This document shows positions 10,745-20,954 of a DNA stretch of 64,000 nt, one piece after another. The stretch's first letter is position 1; each line of letters starts with the position of its first letter. The position numbers and the translations under genes are program-made. Origin of the DNA: an uncultured Melioribacteraceae bacterium (GTDB taxonomy: Bacteria > Bacteroidota > Ignavibacteria > Ignavibacteriales > Melioribacteraceae); the NCBI GenBank assembly GCA_963821715.1, contig CAWGET010000010.1, positions 47,990-111,989 of the forward strand. The letters are read 5' to 3'. The notes under the pieces were generated by a model, which was given only the letters and a program-made list of their open reading frames with translations, made no database searches and was not told the origin of the DNA.

Positions 10745-11333
10745 TTTATTCTACAACCCGGAGAAACTGCTCGAACCCGATAGAATGATTTTACTCTACG
10801 CCCAAGGTGCATTTCCAATGGCTGATGAGGATGGAAACATTAACTGGTACATGCCCAATGTAAGAACCATCATCCCGCTCGATGCGTACAACGTTCCCCG
10901 CACATTAAAAAAATTTATGCTTAAAAGCAGATATACTTTTAAATTTGATGAAGACCCAATGCGCATTGTTGAGGAATGTTCAAAAAGAGAAGAAACCTGG
11001 ATTAATGATGAACTTTTTTTAGCATACGAACGTCTTAAACATAGAGGATTTGTTCATTCCGTTGAAGTATACGATGAAGACGAACTAATCGGCGGTCTTT
11101 ACGGCGTGGCTTATAAGGGAGCCTTCTTTGGCGAATCGATGTTCTCAAGAAAGACTCAGGCTTCAAAATCAGCGTTAGTAAAATTGATTGAACATCTTAA
11201 TGAAAAGAATTTTGATCTGTTGGATGTTCAGTTTTTAACAGACCACTTAAAGATGTTTGGCGCAAAAGAAATTTCATTCAAAGAGTTTAACGAATTGTTA
11301 ATTAAATCCTATGACAACAAAACAACTTTCTGA
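10737..11333 (+). CDS. aat: leucyl/phenylalanyl-tRNA--protein transferase
   Basis: 198 aa with YAQGAFPMAD...INWYMP and GGLYGVAYKGAFFGESMFS, the Aat signature. Confidence 0.9.
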   Translation: MNDLFYNPEKLLEPDRMILLYAQGAFPMADEDGNINWYMPNVRTIIPLDAYNVPRTLKKFMLKSRYTFKFDEDPMRIVEECSKREETWINDELFLAYERLKHRGFVHSVEVYDEDELIGGLYGVAYKGAFFGESMFSRKTQASKSALVKLIEHLNEKNFDLLDVQFLTDHLKMFGAKEISFKEFNELLIKSYDNKTTF

Positions 11334-11357
11334 TAAAACAATCGAAAGGAAAAATAT

Positions 11358-12044
11358 ATGAAAACGAAATTCTTTTTAATCCTGTTTCTCTTTTCAGCAG
11401 GAGTTATCAGCCTTCAAGCTCAATCAGCCGGAGGAAGTTTTATGCTCGGATTTCCACAGGGCGATTTCAAGGATAATGTTGACAGAGCTGGTTACGGATT
11501 TCAAGTACAGGGAACTTTGTGGGAACCGAATTCACATCAGCCATTTGCGCTTGGTTTAAATTTAGGATTTCTGATTTACGGCGAAGAGTCCGAAACGCGG
11601 CCATTGAGTACAACTATTCCGGATGTATTTGTAGATGTTAACCGTACTAACAGCTTGGTAAACTTTCATCTTCTGTTCCAGCTTTCTCCTTTTGAAGGAG
11701 GAGTTCGGCCATATGCGGAAGGACTTTTCGGCGGCGCTTATATTTTTACAACGACCGATGTAGAAAGCCAGAATTCCGGTGATAATGTATTTGAAACGAA
11801 TAATTTCGACGATTTTACCTGGAGTTACGGAGCCGGAGGCGGTCTTTTAATTAAGCTCCTTGAAAGCGAAGAAGATTTTTCAAACCTATTTCTGGATATC
11901 AAAGCCCGCTATCTTTTCGGTACAAAAGCGGAATATCTAAAAGAAGGATCGGTAACAATAGAAGACGGGGAAGTTTTTTACGATGTCGTGGAATCGGAAA
12001 CCGACCTTTTGATGTTCCACCTTGGAGTTGTGTTTTATTTTTAA
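11358..12044 (+). CDS. outer-membrane beta-barrel protein
   Basis: 228 aa. Signal peptide (LFSAGVISLQA), alternating-hydrophobic strands, and a C-terminal aromatic residue (VVFYF). Confidence 0.6.
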   Translation: MKTKFFLILFLFSAGVISLQAQSAGGSFMLGFPQGDFKDNVDRAGYGFQVQGTLWEPNSHQPFALGLNLGFLIYGEESETRPLSTTIPDVFVDVNRTNSLVNFHLLFQLSPFEGGVRPYAEGLFGGAYIFTTTDVESQNSGDNVFETNNFDDFTWSYGAGGGLLIKLLESEEDFSNLFLDIKARYLFGTKAEYLKEGSVTIEDGEVFYDVVESETDLLMFHLGVVFYF

Positions 12045-12160
12045 ACTTAGATTGTAGAAACAATATATATTGTGGTTTTTTCTTTTGAAGGAAAAAAGTA
12101 ATCAGAAGTAATTTCGTTTTAGAGACGGGATATATTCCCGCCTCTAAATCAAATTCATAA

Positions 12161-13117
12161 TTACCATGGAAGATTTTCTACATCCACATTTCCTCCGGAA
12201 AGTATTATCCCCGTTTTTTTATTTAGAAATTTTTCTTTGTTCTCAATAACCGCTGCAAGAGTAACGGCCGACGAAGGTTCGACAACTATTTTCATCCGCG
12301 TCCAAATCAATTTCATCGCTTCAATAATTGTCTCTTCGCTTACCGCTAACATTTCATCAGCATATTGCTGCAGTATTTCAAAAGTTCTGGGCGCAAGAGG
12401 CATTCTTAATCCATCCGCAATTGTTTCAGGTTTTCCCGCCGGATAAATTTTCCCGTCGCGCAGACTTCTCATTGCGTCGTCTGCTGCTTTCGGTTCAACA
12501 CCGATAACCTTGGTTGCCGGAGAAAAATACTTTGCCGAAAGAGCCGTGCCGCTTAATAAACCACCGCCGCTAACAGGTGCCATAATGAAATCCAAATCTT
12601 TTACATCTTCAAAAAATTCTTTTGCGCACGTCGCTTGTCCGGCAATAATTCTATCATCATTATAAGGATGAATAAATGCCGCTCCGGTTCTTGAAATTAC
12701 TTCTCCCACTTTTTCTTCCCTGCTTTCCTTGGTCGCCGCGCTAAAAATAATTTCCGCTCCGTAACCGGCAACGGCGTTTCTTTTTATCGAAGGCGCATTT
12801 TCCGGCATCACAATAAATGCTTTTACTCCTTTCAGCTTTGCAGCATATGCAACAGCAGCCGCGTGATTTCCGGATGAGTGAGTTGTTACTCCGTTCTTTA
12901 AATCATCTCCGCTCATAGAAAATATTGCGTTAGCAGCCCCGCGTATTTTAAACGCGCCTGTTTTCTGTAAATTTTCACACTTGAATAAAATTTTACTTCC
13001 TGTTATTTCATCAATAATTTGCGAAGTAAGAACCGGAGTTCTATGGATGAAATTTTTTATCCGTAAATGCGCTTCATTGATATCTTTTTCGCAGGGAAAA
13101 TCTTGTCCTATTACCAT
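12161..13117 (-). CDS. PLP-dependent threonine/serine dehydratase (no regulatory domain)
   Basis: 318 aa. PLP-lysine motif FKCENLQKTGAFKIRGA and glycine loop SGGGLLSG. Confidence 0.85.
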   Translation of the reverse strand: MVIGQDFPCEKDINEAHLRIKNFIHRTPVLTSQIIDEITGSKILFKCENLQKTGAFKIRGAANAIFSMSGDDLKNGVTTHSSGNHAAAVAYAAKLKGVKAFIVMPENAPSIKRNAVAGYGAEIIFSAATKESREEKVGEVISRTGAAFIHPYNDDRIIAGQATCAKEFFEDVKDLDFIMAPVSGGGLLSGTALSAKYFSPATKVIGVEPKAADDAMRSLRDGKIYPAGKPETIADGLRMPLAPRTFEILQQYADEMLAVSEETIIEAMKLIWTRMKIVVEPSSAVTLAAVIENKEKFLNKKTGIILSGGNVDVENLPW

Positions 13118-13271
13118 AAGCCTTAATCTATTAATTAAATAATGTAAATTAAAAATTTTTTATAGTATATCTGCTAAAATCACATAAAAGAATAACGATT
13201 TAACATTTTTAAATTGATTATTAATTACAATTGATTTATAATAAGATAAAAGAATATTATACTCTTAGTAA

Positions 13272-14459
13272 ATGGATCGCGGGATGAAGAGCCAAAATAT
13301 CGAAAGCGAGAACTTAACCAGCAAAGCATTAGATAGCTTTACAGCCAAATTTGGAAAAGTCGAAAAGCCTACTGTTATTCTTAGTCCTGCAAGTTTAATT
13401 CTTCTGGGCGATCATACACATTACAACGAAGGAGTTTTAATTTCCTGCGCAATAAATGCTCATACGGCTATCGTATTTTCCCAAAGAGAAGACGAACAGC
13501 GTAACTTTTATTTTTCCGAAAAGTCGCTTTCAAAAGAATTCTGTGATTCATCATCTAATAAATCTCTGCTTCCTTCCAAAATTGTAAACCAAGTTTCAAA
13601 TCTGATTTACGAAAAGTATAATCTTAGTAACGGTTTTAATTGCACCTTTCTAGCAAATATTCCTCAGAGTGTCGGGCTCGGAGGAATAAGTTCTCTTTCA
13701 ATCGGACTCGTGGAAGCGTTCAATCGTGAGTTCAAACTTAAAATGAAACCTGAAGAGATAAACGCTCTGGCGAGAGAAGCGGAAGTTAAGATGATCGGGA
13801 AAATATCGAGCGAAGCAAATCACTTTACGGTAAGCAACGCAAAGACTGACAATCTGATGTTTATTGATCTTCGCACTAAAAAATACCGCAACTATACGTT
13901 CGACGGGAAAAAATATAAAATTGTGATTTGCGATACCGGAATAAGGTTTAATTCCGCTCAACTTTGTAATGATAGAATTGAAGAATGTGAAATCGGCGTT
14001 AAAGGATTGAGGCTTTATATTTGGGGAATAAAAAATTTGCGCGATGTGAACGACGCGTTTCTTTTTAAACACAGACACATGATTCCTAAAATAGTTTACG
14101 ACCGGGTTAATTTTAACGTAGAAGAAAGATTTAGAGTAGAGAGAGCAATTGCCGCTATAAAAAACGACGATAAACAAACGCTTGCGGATGAGATTTATAA
14201 CTCCCATACGGGATTGAGCTCCGACTATAAAATTAGTATTCCTGAACTCGATTTCTTAGTAGAGGAAGCCAAATCAATTGACGGAATAGTGGCTTCAAAG
14301 ATGATAAGCTGTTCGCCGATCCGCAGCACATTCAATATAGTGGAAGCCGAAAAAGCTGAAAGCTTCGGCAAGGAAATATCAAATATTTACAAAAAGGCAT
14401 ACAAAAATAAACTGAATATTCACATTTTCGGATTCTCTTCCGGAGTGAGTACATCCTGA
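13272..14459 (+). CDS. GHMP-family kinase, galactokinase-like (divergent)
   Basis: 395 aa. Galactokinase-signature-like GDHTHYNEGVLISCAIN and a GHMP ATP loop-like PQSVGLGGISSLSIG. The substrate cannot be assigned. Confidence 0.65.
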   Translation: MDRGMKSQNIESENLTSKALDSFTAKFGKVEKPTVILSPASLILLGDHTHYNEGVLISCAINAHTAIVFSQREDEQRNFYFSEKSLSKEFCDSSSNKSLLPSKIVNQVSNLIYEKYNLSNGFNCTFLANIPQSVGLGGISSLSIGLVEAFNREFKLKMKPEEINALAREAEVKMIGKISSEANHFTVSNAKTDNLMFIDLRTKKYRNYTFDGKKYKIVICDTGIRFNSAQLCNDRIEECEIGVKGLRLYIWGIKNLRDVNDAFLFKHRHMIPKIVYDRVNFNVEERFRVERAIAAIKNDDKQTLADEIYNSHTGLSSDYKISIPELDFLVEEAKSIDGIVASKMISCSPIRSTFNIVEAEKAESFGKEISNIYKKAYKNKLNIHIFGFSSGVSTS

Positions 14460-14566
14460 TAATCTTCTCGCTGCAGATTATATCAATACAATTTTCCTGT
14501 CTTAATTTCAACTTGATTTTCAAATCTCTTACAATTACATTTTAATGAAGTAAATAAGGAGAATAA

Positions 14567-15982
14567 ATGAATTATTCGGATGAATTTGATGAATTTCAAA
14601 ATTCTTCTGCAAATAATGATGAGATAGATACAAGAATCAGTTTTTGTAAAGAAATAATTGAATCCGGCAAAATATATTCTAATTTAGAAATACTCGAAGA
14701 AACAATACAAATCTGTATGGAGCGCGATCTGCCGGAGGAAGGATTGTTCCTAACGGAAGCACTTTTGGAAATAGCGCCTTACAATTCCGAGCTATGGCAG
14801 TTTAAGGGTGTGTTCAAAAATAACATGATGATGTTTGAAGATGCGTATGAAAGTCTTTCGAAAGCTCTCTCGTTAAATCCAAGCGATGTTGAAACTCTGG
14901 TCAATAAATCTATCGCCGAAGATAATCTCGGCTTTTACGAAGAAGCGGCCAATTCTCTGAACGCGGCATTGGCAATCGATCCGGAGAACGAAGAAGCTCA
15001 TTTTAATCTGGGCGTTTTGTTCGAGAAACAAGAAAAATACGAAGAAGCGGTTACCGCTTTATCCCAATCGATTGAGAAAGACCCCGAATATATTGAAGCC
15101 TGGTATGAGCTAGGATATTGTTATGAAAATATGGACCGGCTTGACTTGGCGCTCAACGCTTACAATAAATTTCTGGATCTCGATCCTTACAGCTCGTCCG
15201 GCTGGTATAATAAAGGAATTGTTTTAATCCGATTGGGTGAGTTTGAAAAAGCAGCGGACAGTTTTGAACTGTCAATTGCCGTGCGCGATAATTTTGCCAG
15301 CGCCTGGTTCAACTGCGGAGTTGCTTATGCTAATTTAGGAAGACTTTTAGATTCGCAAAAAGCATTCAAACGCGCTTCGGAGCTTGATCCATATGATGAA
15401 ATGATATGGTTTAGCTTGGGGCAGACATACGAAGATATGGATGATTTTCTTAACGCGATAAAGTGTTACAAGAAAACTGTGGAAATAGATGCAGAACATT
15501 ATGAAGCATTTCTTGCAAGAGGATATTGCTACGACGCTATCGGAAAATATCATCTCGCATTAAAAGATTTTAACAAGGCTATAACTTTAACGGATGAATC
15601 GCCGGAAGCCTGGTACGCAAAGGCTGAACTGGAATATTCGCTAGGCAAAGTACGCGATTCAATAAACAGTTATAAAAAAATAGTCGATTTTAATCCTGAA
15701 GATTTCGAAGCTTGGTTTAAGCTGGCGGAAGTTTATATAGAAGTGGGCAATTGGCTTGAGGCAATTTCGGCTTACGATAAATGCATCGAACTAAATCCGG
15801 AAAACGCGAATCCGCATTATGGAAAAGCGAAAGTGAATTTCCTGTTGCGGAAAACGCAGGACGCGATCAATTCTCTCAAATCGGCTTTCTCTCTCGATCC
15901 AAGCATAAAGAAAAAATTTGCGAAGGATTATCCGGAAATTAAAACTTCCAAATTGTTCTCCAAATTAATAGAAGAGCAATAA
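14567..15982 (+). CDS. TPR-repeat protein
   Basis: 471 aa of repeated 34-residue units (W..G......A...Y.KA....P pattern). Confidence 0.85.
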   Translation: MNYSDEFDEFQNSSANNDEIDTRISFCKEIIESGKIYSNLEILEETIQICMERDLPEEGLFLTEALLEIAPYNSELWQFKGVFKNNMMMFEDAYESLSKALSLNPSDVETLVNKSIAEDNLGFYEEAANSLNAALAIDPENEEAHFNLGVLFEKQEKYEEAVTALSQSIEKDPEYIEAWYELGYCYENMDRLDLALNAYNKFLDLDPYSSSGWYNKGIVLIRLGEFEKAADSFELSIAVRDNFASAWFNCGVAYANLGRLLDSQKAFKRASELDPYDEMIWFSLGQTYEDMDDFLNAIKCYKKTVEIDAEHYEAFLARGYCYDAIGKYHLALKDFNKAITLTDESPEAWYAKAELEYSLGKVRDSINSYKKIVDFNPEDFEAWFKLAEVYIEVGNWLEAISAYDKCIELNPENANPHYGKAKVNFLLRKTQDAINSLKSAFSLDPSIKKKFAKDYPEIKTSKLFSKLIEEQ

Positions 15983-15983
15983 C

Positions 15984-16886
15984 ATGTCGCCTCAAAGCAG
16001 AGTTGATTTTAACACGCAGATTGTCGGGGTGGTTGGTCATCCAATTAAACACTCATTCTCTCCGCTTATGCATAATCTCTCTTTTGAACTCAGGAGTTTA
16101 AATTACGTTTATCTTCCGTTCGACGTTCCAACACAAAATCTTAACGATGCTGTGAAAGGAATGCTCTCTTTGGGAGTAAAAGGATTTAACGTCACTCTTC
16201 CCCATAAAGAAAATATGGCTCATCTTCTTACTGATCTTTCGGAAGAGGCTCGGATAACCGGCTCTGTAAATACAGTTGTGAATGAAAACGGAACGCTCAA
16301 CGGTTATAATACCGACGTTAACGGAATTTATCGAACTTTGCTGCCGTATAAAAAGGAACTTAACGGAGCTGAAGTAAGTCTGTTCGGCGCCGGAGGTTCT
16401 GCAAGAAGCGCTATTTATGTTTTAATTAGAAATTTCAAAGTAGGTAAAATAAATCTCATCAACCGGACTTTGCAGAAAGCCGAGAGATTGAAAGATTACT
16501 TTAACGCAAAAATGAAGTTCGACGCGATAAGCGAATACGAATTGATTCCTCCCGATCTGGTCGGGATACTGAAAGATTCGAAGCTGATTATCAATTCAAC
16601 TTCTCTCGGTATGTTTCCGCAAATAGACGACACAGCAACCTCTATTGAAGACTCTTTCTGCGAAGGACAAATCGTTTTCGATTTTGTCTATAATCCGCTC
16701 AACACTAAATTTCTAGAGATAGCTGCATCGAAGGGAGCTAAGATTCTCAACGGACTCAATATGTTCGTAGAACAAGGTGCAAAATCATTTGAACTTTGGA
16801 CCGGGGAAAAAATGCCCGTTAAGAAAATCTACAAAACACTGGAATACTACCTGGAAAAAGAACAGAATCAGAACACGATTGAATAA
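15984..16886 (+). CDS. aroE: shikimate dehydrogenase
   Basis: 300 aa with GHPIKHSFSPLMHN, NVTLPHK and GAGGSARS motifs. Confidence 0.9.
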   Translation: MSPQSRVDFNTQIVGVVGHPIKHSFSPLMHNLSFELRSLNYVYLPFDVPTQNLNDAVKGMLSLGVKGFNVTLPHKENMAHLLTDLSEEARITGSVNTVVNENGTLNGYNTDVNGIYRTLLPYKKELNGAEVSLFGAGGSARSAIYVLIRNFKVGKINLINRTLQKAERLKDYFNAKMKFDAISEYELIPPDLVGILKDSKLIINSTSLGMFPQIDDTATSIEDSFCEGQIVFDFVYNPLNTKFLEIAASKGAKILNGLNMFVEQGAKSFELWTGEKMPVKKIYKTLEYYLEKEQNQNTIE

Positions 16887-17259
16887 AGCAGCAGCGAAGC
16901 CAAGGCCGTGCCAACCATAAGAACAGCAAAATACATCCCGCTTAATAAAATTTCATCTTTCTGCATTTTTGTTATTTCCACAACTTTTTTCTTTTAACTA
17001 AAATACAAATGCTATGCCAAAATAAAATCTTGTGAAAAAAGATGAATTTGCTGTTTATATTTTTTGGAGTTGTTTCAGAATGATAAAAATCTAAAAAAGA
17101 GACGTAAAAGACGCAGTATGCGCGCAATATTTGATTTTTTAAAGATGGAAAAGCATATTTTGATATCAGTTAAGTCGGCATTTATTAATTTGCACTATTG
17201 CATATACCCTTAAGAATTTCCCCTTTCCATTTTAGTGCAATAATATCTTCCTAAGTCTT

Positions 17260-17356
17260 GAACTCATCCCCCCGCGCCTTCTCTTAAAAAGAGAAGGGGA
17301 AAAAGTATTGTATTCAAAATCCCTCTCTTTTTAAGAGAGGGATTTAGGATGAGTTC
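17260..17356. other. 97-nt nested inverted-repeat element (outer 10-bp stem enclosing two hairpins)
   Basis: The outer stem gaactcatcc (17260-69) pairs with ggatgagttc (17347-56). The first inner hairpin is ccttctctt/aagagaagg (17277-97). The second is aaatccctctctt/aagagagggattt (17317-45, 13 bp perfect). The two inner hairpins resemble each other. Confidence 0.4.
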
Positions 17357-17459
17357 GCTTTCAATTATTACTTAACCTCTGCAGCTATGGAATTATGAAA
17401 ATTCTAAGTGCTCATTGTGTTTATTACAACCTAGGTGAACAATCGCTAATCATCTCTCA

Positions 17460-19127
17460 TTACACATTACTCATCACTTTTTTTGACAGCCTCGTAGGTC
17501 CCGCGTTTCTCACTTCGTCTGAAGATCCTTTTTCGAACAATTTAAAATTCTCGATGAATCTCGCAGCCAGAGCGTCGTAGCGTTTCCAATATTCATCCTT
17601 GTTTCCCCAGGAACTCGATGGTTCCAAAACATCTTCGGGAACATCGGGGCAGGAAAGCGGAACTTCGAACCCGAATAATTTATCTTTCCGGTATTCCACA
17701 TCATCCAATTTTCCTTCTAGCGCAGCATTTAAGAGATTTCGCGTGTGGCGGATGCTTATCCTTTTCCCCACTCCGAACCTTCCGCCGACCCATCCGGTAT
17801 TAACGAGCCAGCAATTAGCCTTATGCTTTAGCATTCTCTCTTTCAGCATTTGCGCATATTCAAACGGATGCCTTACCATAAACGGCGCGCCGAAACATGC
17901 GCTGAATGTAATCTGCGGCTCAATTCCTAATCCGATTTCAGTTCCCGCAATCTTTGAGGTATATCCGCTGATAAAATGATATTGCGCCTGCTCAGGATTC
18001 AATCTCGCGATCGGCGGCATAACTCCGCTTGCGTCCGCCGTTAAAAAAATTATATTTTTCGGATGCGAATGCACATATCCGTTTTCAACCGTATTCGGAA
18101 TAAATTCCAGAGGATAAGAAGCGCGGGTATTCTCCGTAATTATATCGTCGTCCAGATCAATTCTTCTGCTCACAGGATCGTAAGCTACATTTTCTAAAAT
18201 CGTTCCGAATCGTTTTGTGGTTTCGTAAATCTGCGGTTCATGCTCTCCCGAAAGTCTAATCACTTTTGCGTAACAACCTCCTTCAAAATTGAATACGCCA
18301 TCGGAACTCCAGCCGTGTTCGTCGTCTCCGATCAATTTCCTTTTCGGATCGGCGGAAAGAGTAGTTTTTCCTGTTCCGCTCAATCCGAAAAATAACGCCG
18401 CGTCTCCGTCATCGCCTACGTTGGCTGAACAGTGCATCGGCAGCACCTCCCGAAAAGTGAGAAGAAAATTCAAAACAGTAAAAACTGATTTCTTAATTTC
18501 GCCTCCGTAAAGCGAGTTAGCGATTATCGCGGTATTCTCTTCAAAATTTAAAATGATTGCAGTCTCGGAACGAGTTCCATCAATCTTCGGATCGGCTTTA
18601 AATCCCGGCAAAGCAATTACTGTAAAGTCCGGCACAAATTCTTTAAGCTCGCTTCTGTCGTCCGTTGTAATGAACATGTTCCTCGCGAACAAACTATGCC
18701 AAGCTTTTTCAGTTATTATCCGAACCGGCATTTTGTATTCCGGGTCGGCGCCCGCGTAGCAATCCTGTACAAATACTTCTTCATCCTGACAGTAAGCCTG
18801 AACGCGAGCCATCAGCGAATTGAATTTTTCCGAACTGAAGGGACGGTTATATTCTCCCCACCAAATATTATTTTCTGTCGTATGTTCCTTTACCACAAAT
18901 TTATCCGCAGCCGCGCGTGCGGTATGTTTGCCGGTCTTCACTAAAAAAGGACCGTTGTTTACTATGTGACCTTCGTTCCTGAAAATCGCTTCTTCGTATA
19001 AGGACGATTCCGGCAGATTCCAGAAAACTCGGTCGAGATAAACCAGACCATGATTTTCCAATCCGTAAACTGAAGCAAGATCTTTTGCTTCTTTAGAAGC
19101 CGGAGTATTGAATTCTAAATATTTCAT
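17460..19127 (-). CDS. pckA: phosphoenolpyruvate carboxykinase (ATP)
   Basis: Contains the kinase-1a motif GLSGTGKTTLS and overall ATP-PEPCK similarity. I prefer the ATG at 19127 (MKYLEF...), which gives an ATGA overlap with the upstream stop; the ORF-track start at 19133 is TTG. Confidence 0.95.
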   Translation of the reverse strand: MKYLEFNTPASKEAKDLASVYGLENHGLVYLDRVFWNLPESSLYEEAIFRNEGHIVNNGPFLVKTGKHTARAAADKFVVKEHTTENNIWWGEYNRPFSSEKFNSLMARVQAYCQDEEVFVQDCYAGADPEYKMPVRIITEKAWHSLFARNMFITTDDRSELKEFVPDFTVIALPGFKADPKIDGTRSETAIILNFEENTAIIANSLYGGEIKKSVFTVLNFLLTFREVLPMHCSANVGDDGDAALFFGLSGTGKTTLSADPKRKLIGDDEHGWSSDGVFNFEGGCYAKVIRLSGEHEPQIYETTKRFGTILENVAYDPVSRRIDLDDDIITENTRASYPLEFIPNTVENGYVHSHPKNIIFLTADASGVMPPIARLNPEQAQYHFISGYTSKIAGTEIGLGIEPQITFSACFGAPFMVRHPFEYAQMLKERMLKHKANCWLVNTGWVGGRFGVGKRISIRHTRNLLNAALEGKLDDVEYRKDKLFGFEVPLSCPDVPEDVLEPSSSWGNKDEYWKRYDALAARFIENFKLFEKGSSDEVRNAGPTRLSKKVMSNV

Positions 19128-20341
19128 GCCCAATCCCTCGTTAATTTTCTGTCGCCGATGTAAAGCTCATTAGGTGAATTGAGGTCGAGCGCCCACTTCA
19201 TCCTTTCAATTCCTTCTTTAATTTCTTTTATTGATCCACAATAACTGATGCGTAAATATCCATCGAGACCAAACTCTTTCCCGGGAACGGTTAAAACCTG
19301 TACCTTATCTATGAGAAAGTTTGAGAGTTTAACGGAATCTTTTTCGTAGACACTAAAATCCGCAAAGCAGTAAAAGGTTCCGTCGGGTTTGGTTACTTTT
19401 ACTCCCTCGAATGAATTAAGATAATCGATGAGAATGTTGCGGTTATTTTCCAAAGTTAATCTAAGTGATTCCACTGATGATTGTATTCCGTTAAGCGCTC
19501 CCACCGCGGCTTTTTGTAGAAGCACGGACGGACCGGAAGTTTGATGCCCTTGAATATTTCTCATCGCTTCAATCAGTTTTTTGTTTGCCACAGCCCAGCC
19601 GATGCGGAAGCCTGTCATCGCGTATTGTTTCGAAATTCCGTTGATGATAATCATCTTAGAATTTTCCGATCTCTCTTTGGCAAACTCCCAAGGATTATTC
19701 GGTTTGAGGTTATCGAAAATAAGGCGGTGATAAATATCATCCATAATTAAATAAATATCTTTCCGCTCGCAAAAATCCACAACATCCGCAATAAATTCTT
19801 TTGAATACATCGCTCCGGTCGGATTATTCGGACTGTTTATGATAACTGCTTTTGTGTATGATCCTACTTTCCTTTCGATATCCTGAATTCTGGGATAGAA
19901 TGTTCCGTCTTCGGGCAGAACCGGAACAGGAATTGCCTGGCATAACCGAGCCATATCCGGATAACTTACCCAATAAGGCGCGGGAAATAACACTTCTTCC
20001 TGCGGGTTTAAAATGGCCTGGAGCGCAACCATTATTGCCTGTTTTGCGCCGCCTGCTGCCAGCACATTCTCGGGTTCAACTTTCCTGTGGTAAAATTCTT
20101 CTGTATAACGGATTATTGCTTTTTTTAATGAGGGAATTCCATCCGGCGGGGTGTAGCGGATTTCACCGGAATTTAGAGAGGCTGCCGCCGCAAGAAGAGC
20201 GTCAATGGGAGCTTTGGATTTCGGCTCGCCTCCTCCGAGATGAATTACAGGATCCCCTTTTTCACGTAAAATTGCTGCTTTTTCGTTTAGAGCTAAAGTC
20301 GGCGATGCGCCGATAGAACGTGCTATTTGACTGATGCTCAT
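19124..20341 (-). CDS. class I/II PLP-dependent aminotransferase (aspartate aminotransferase-like)
   Basis: 405 aa with NSPNNPTG and the PLP-Lys motif SKQYAMTGFRIGW. Translationally coupled to pckA. Confidence 0.9.
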   Translation of the reverse strand: MSISQIARSIGASPTLALNEKAAILREKGDPVIHLGGGEPKSKAPIDALLAAAASLNSGEIRYTPPDGIPSLKKAIIRYTEEFYHRKVEPENVLAAGGAKQAIMVALQAILNPQEEVLFPAPYWVSYPDMARLCQAIPVPVLPEDGTFYPRIQDIERKVGSYTKAVIINSPNNPTGAMYSKEFIADVVDFCERKDIYLIMDDIYHRLIFDNLKPNNPWEFAKERSENSKMIIINGISKQYAMTGFRIGWAVANKKLIEAMRNIQGHQTSGPSVLLQKAAVGALNGIQSSVESLRLTLENNRNILIDYLNSFEGVKVTKPDGTFYCFADFSVYEKDSVKLSNFLIDKVQVLTVPGKEFGLDGYLRISYCGSIKEIKEGIERMKWALDLNSPNELYIGDRKLTRDWA

Positions 20342-20575
20342 TTTTTCTTCTCTGAGATTTATGATTAGAACTTATTGTGTTCATGCTATTGGTTCAAAGA
20401 GAAGTATAAAACTTATCTGCTATTTTTAAGATAATCAAGTATTTTTTTACCGGTTTAAAAATTTTCATCAAAATAAATGTGTTAATTGATCTTTTAAAGC
20501 AAAAAAATAATTTGACTTTAGCATTTATATTCGCAAAACTAAAAGGATGCAAATGTTAAACATATTCTGCGGGAA

Positions 20576-20776
20576 ATGATGAGAATGAAAAGAAAGATGG
20601 CGTTTAAGGATTTAAGGATGGAAGTTCAGATTAATATTGCAGAAACTTTTAAGATTTGCAAAACATGCGGAGCACTTAATACAAAGAACGAACCCGAATG
20701 CTGGGACTGCGAAAGCCTCCTGTTTCACCATAATCCGGAATTAATTGCCAAAAGTATTATTGATAAAGATCTTTAA
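20576..20776 (+). CDS. small zinc-ribbon protein (hypothetical)
   Basis: 66 aa with CKTC-x10-CWDC. Start uncertain and no recognisable family. Confidence 0.3.
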   Translation: MMRMKRKMAFKDLRMEVQINIAETFKICKTCGALNTKNEPECWDCESLLFHHNPELIAKSIIDKDL

Positions 20777-20954
20777 TGCCGTTCCTAAGTTTGTTAGTCA
20801 TCTATTTTAATATCGGATTAATCACTTTTTATAAATGTATTAGCCGTACGTAAAAAATAAATATGCTGATTTTACTATAATATTTTAATTATTGGGAATT
20901 TTATTTTATTTTCTGATGTTATAAAATTATTGTTAGACGAGATTTGGGAAAATA

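Noticed and set aside
12120-12146. Apparent family of gene-end hairpins starting with GAGACG (5967, 12121, 21594, 46133).
   Set aside because: The shared part is only 6-9 nt, which is expected many times by chance in 64 kb. The stems otherwise differ, so I treat them as ordinary terminator-like hairpins.
16868-16966. 32-codon hydrophobic minus-strand ORF (MQKDEILLSGMYFAVLMVGTALASLLLYSIVF) overlapping the aroE 3' end.
   Set aside because: It has no convincing SD, overlaps a confident gene and has no family signature. It cannot be distinguished from chance without conservation or expression data.
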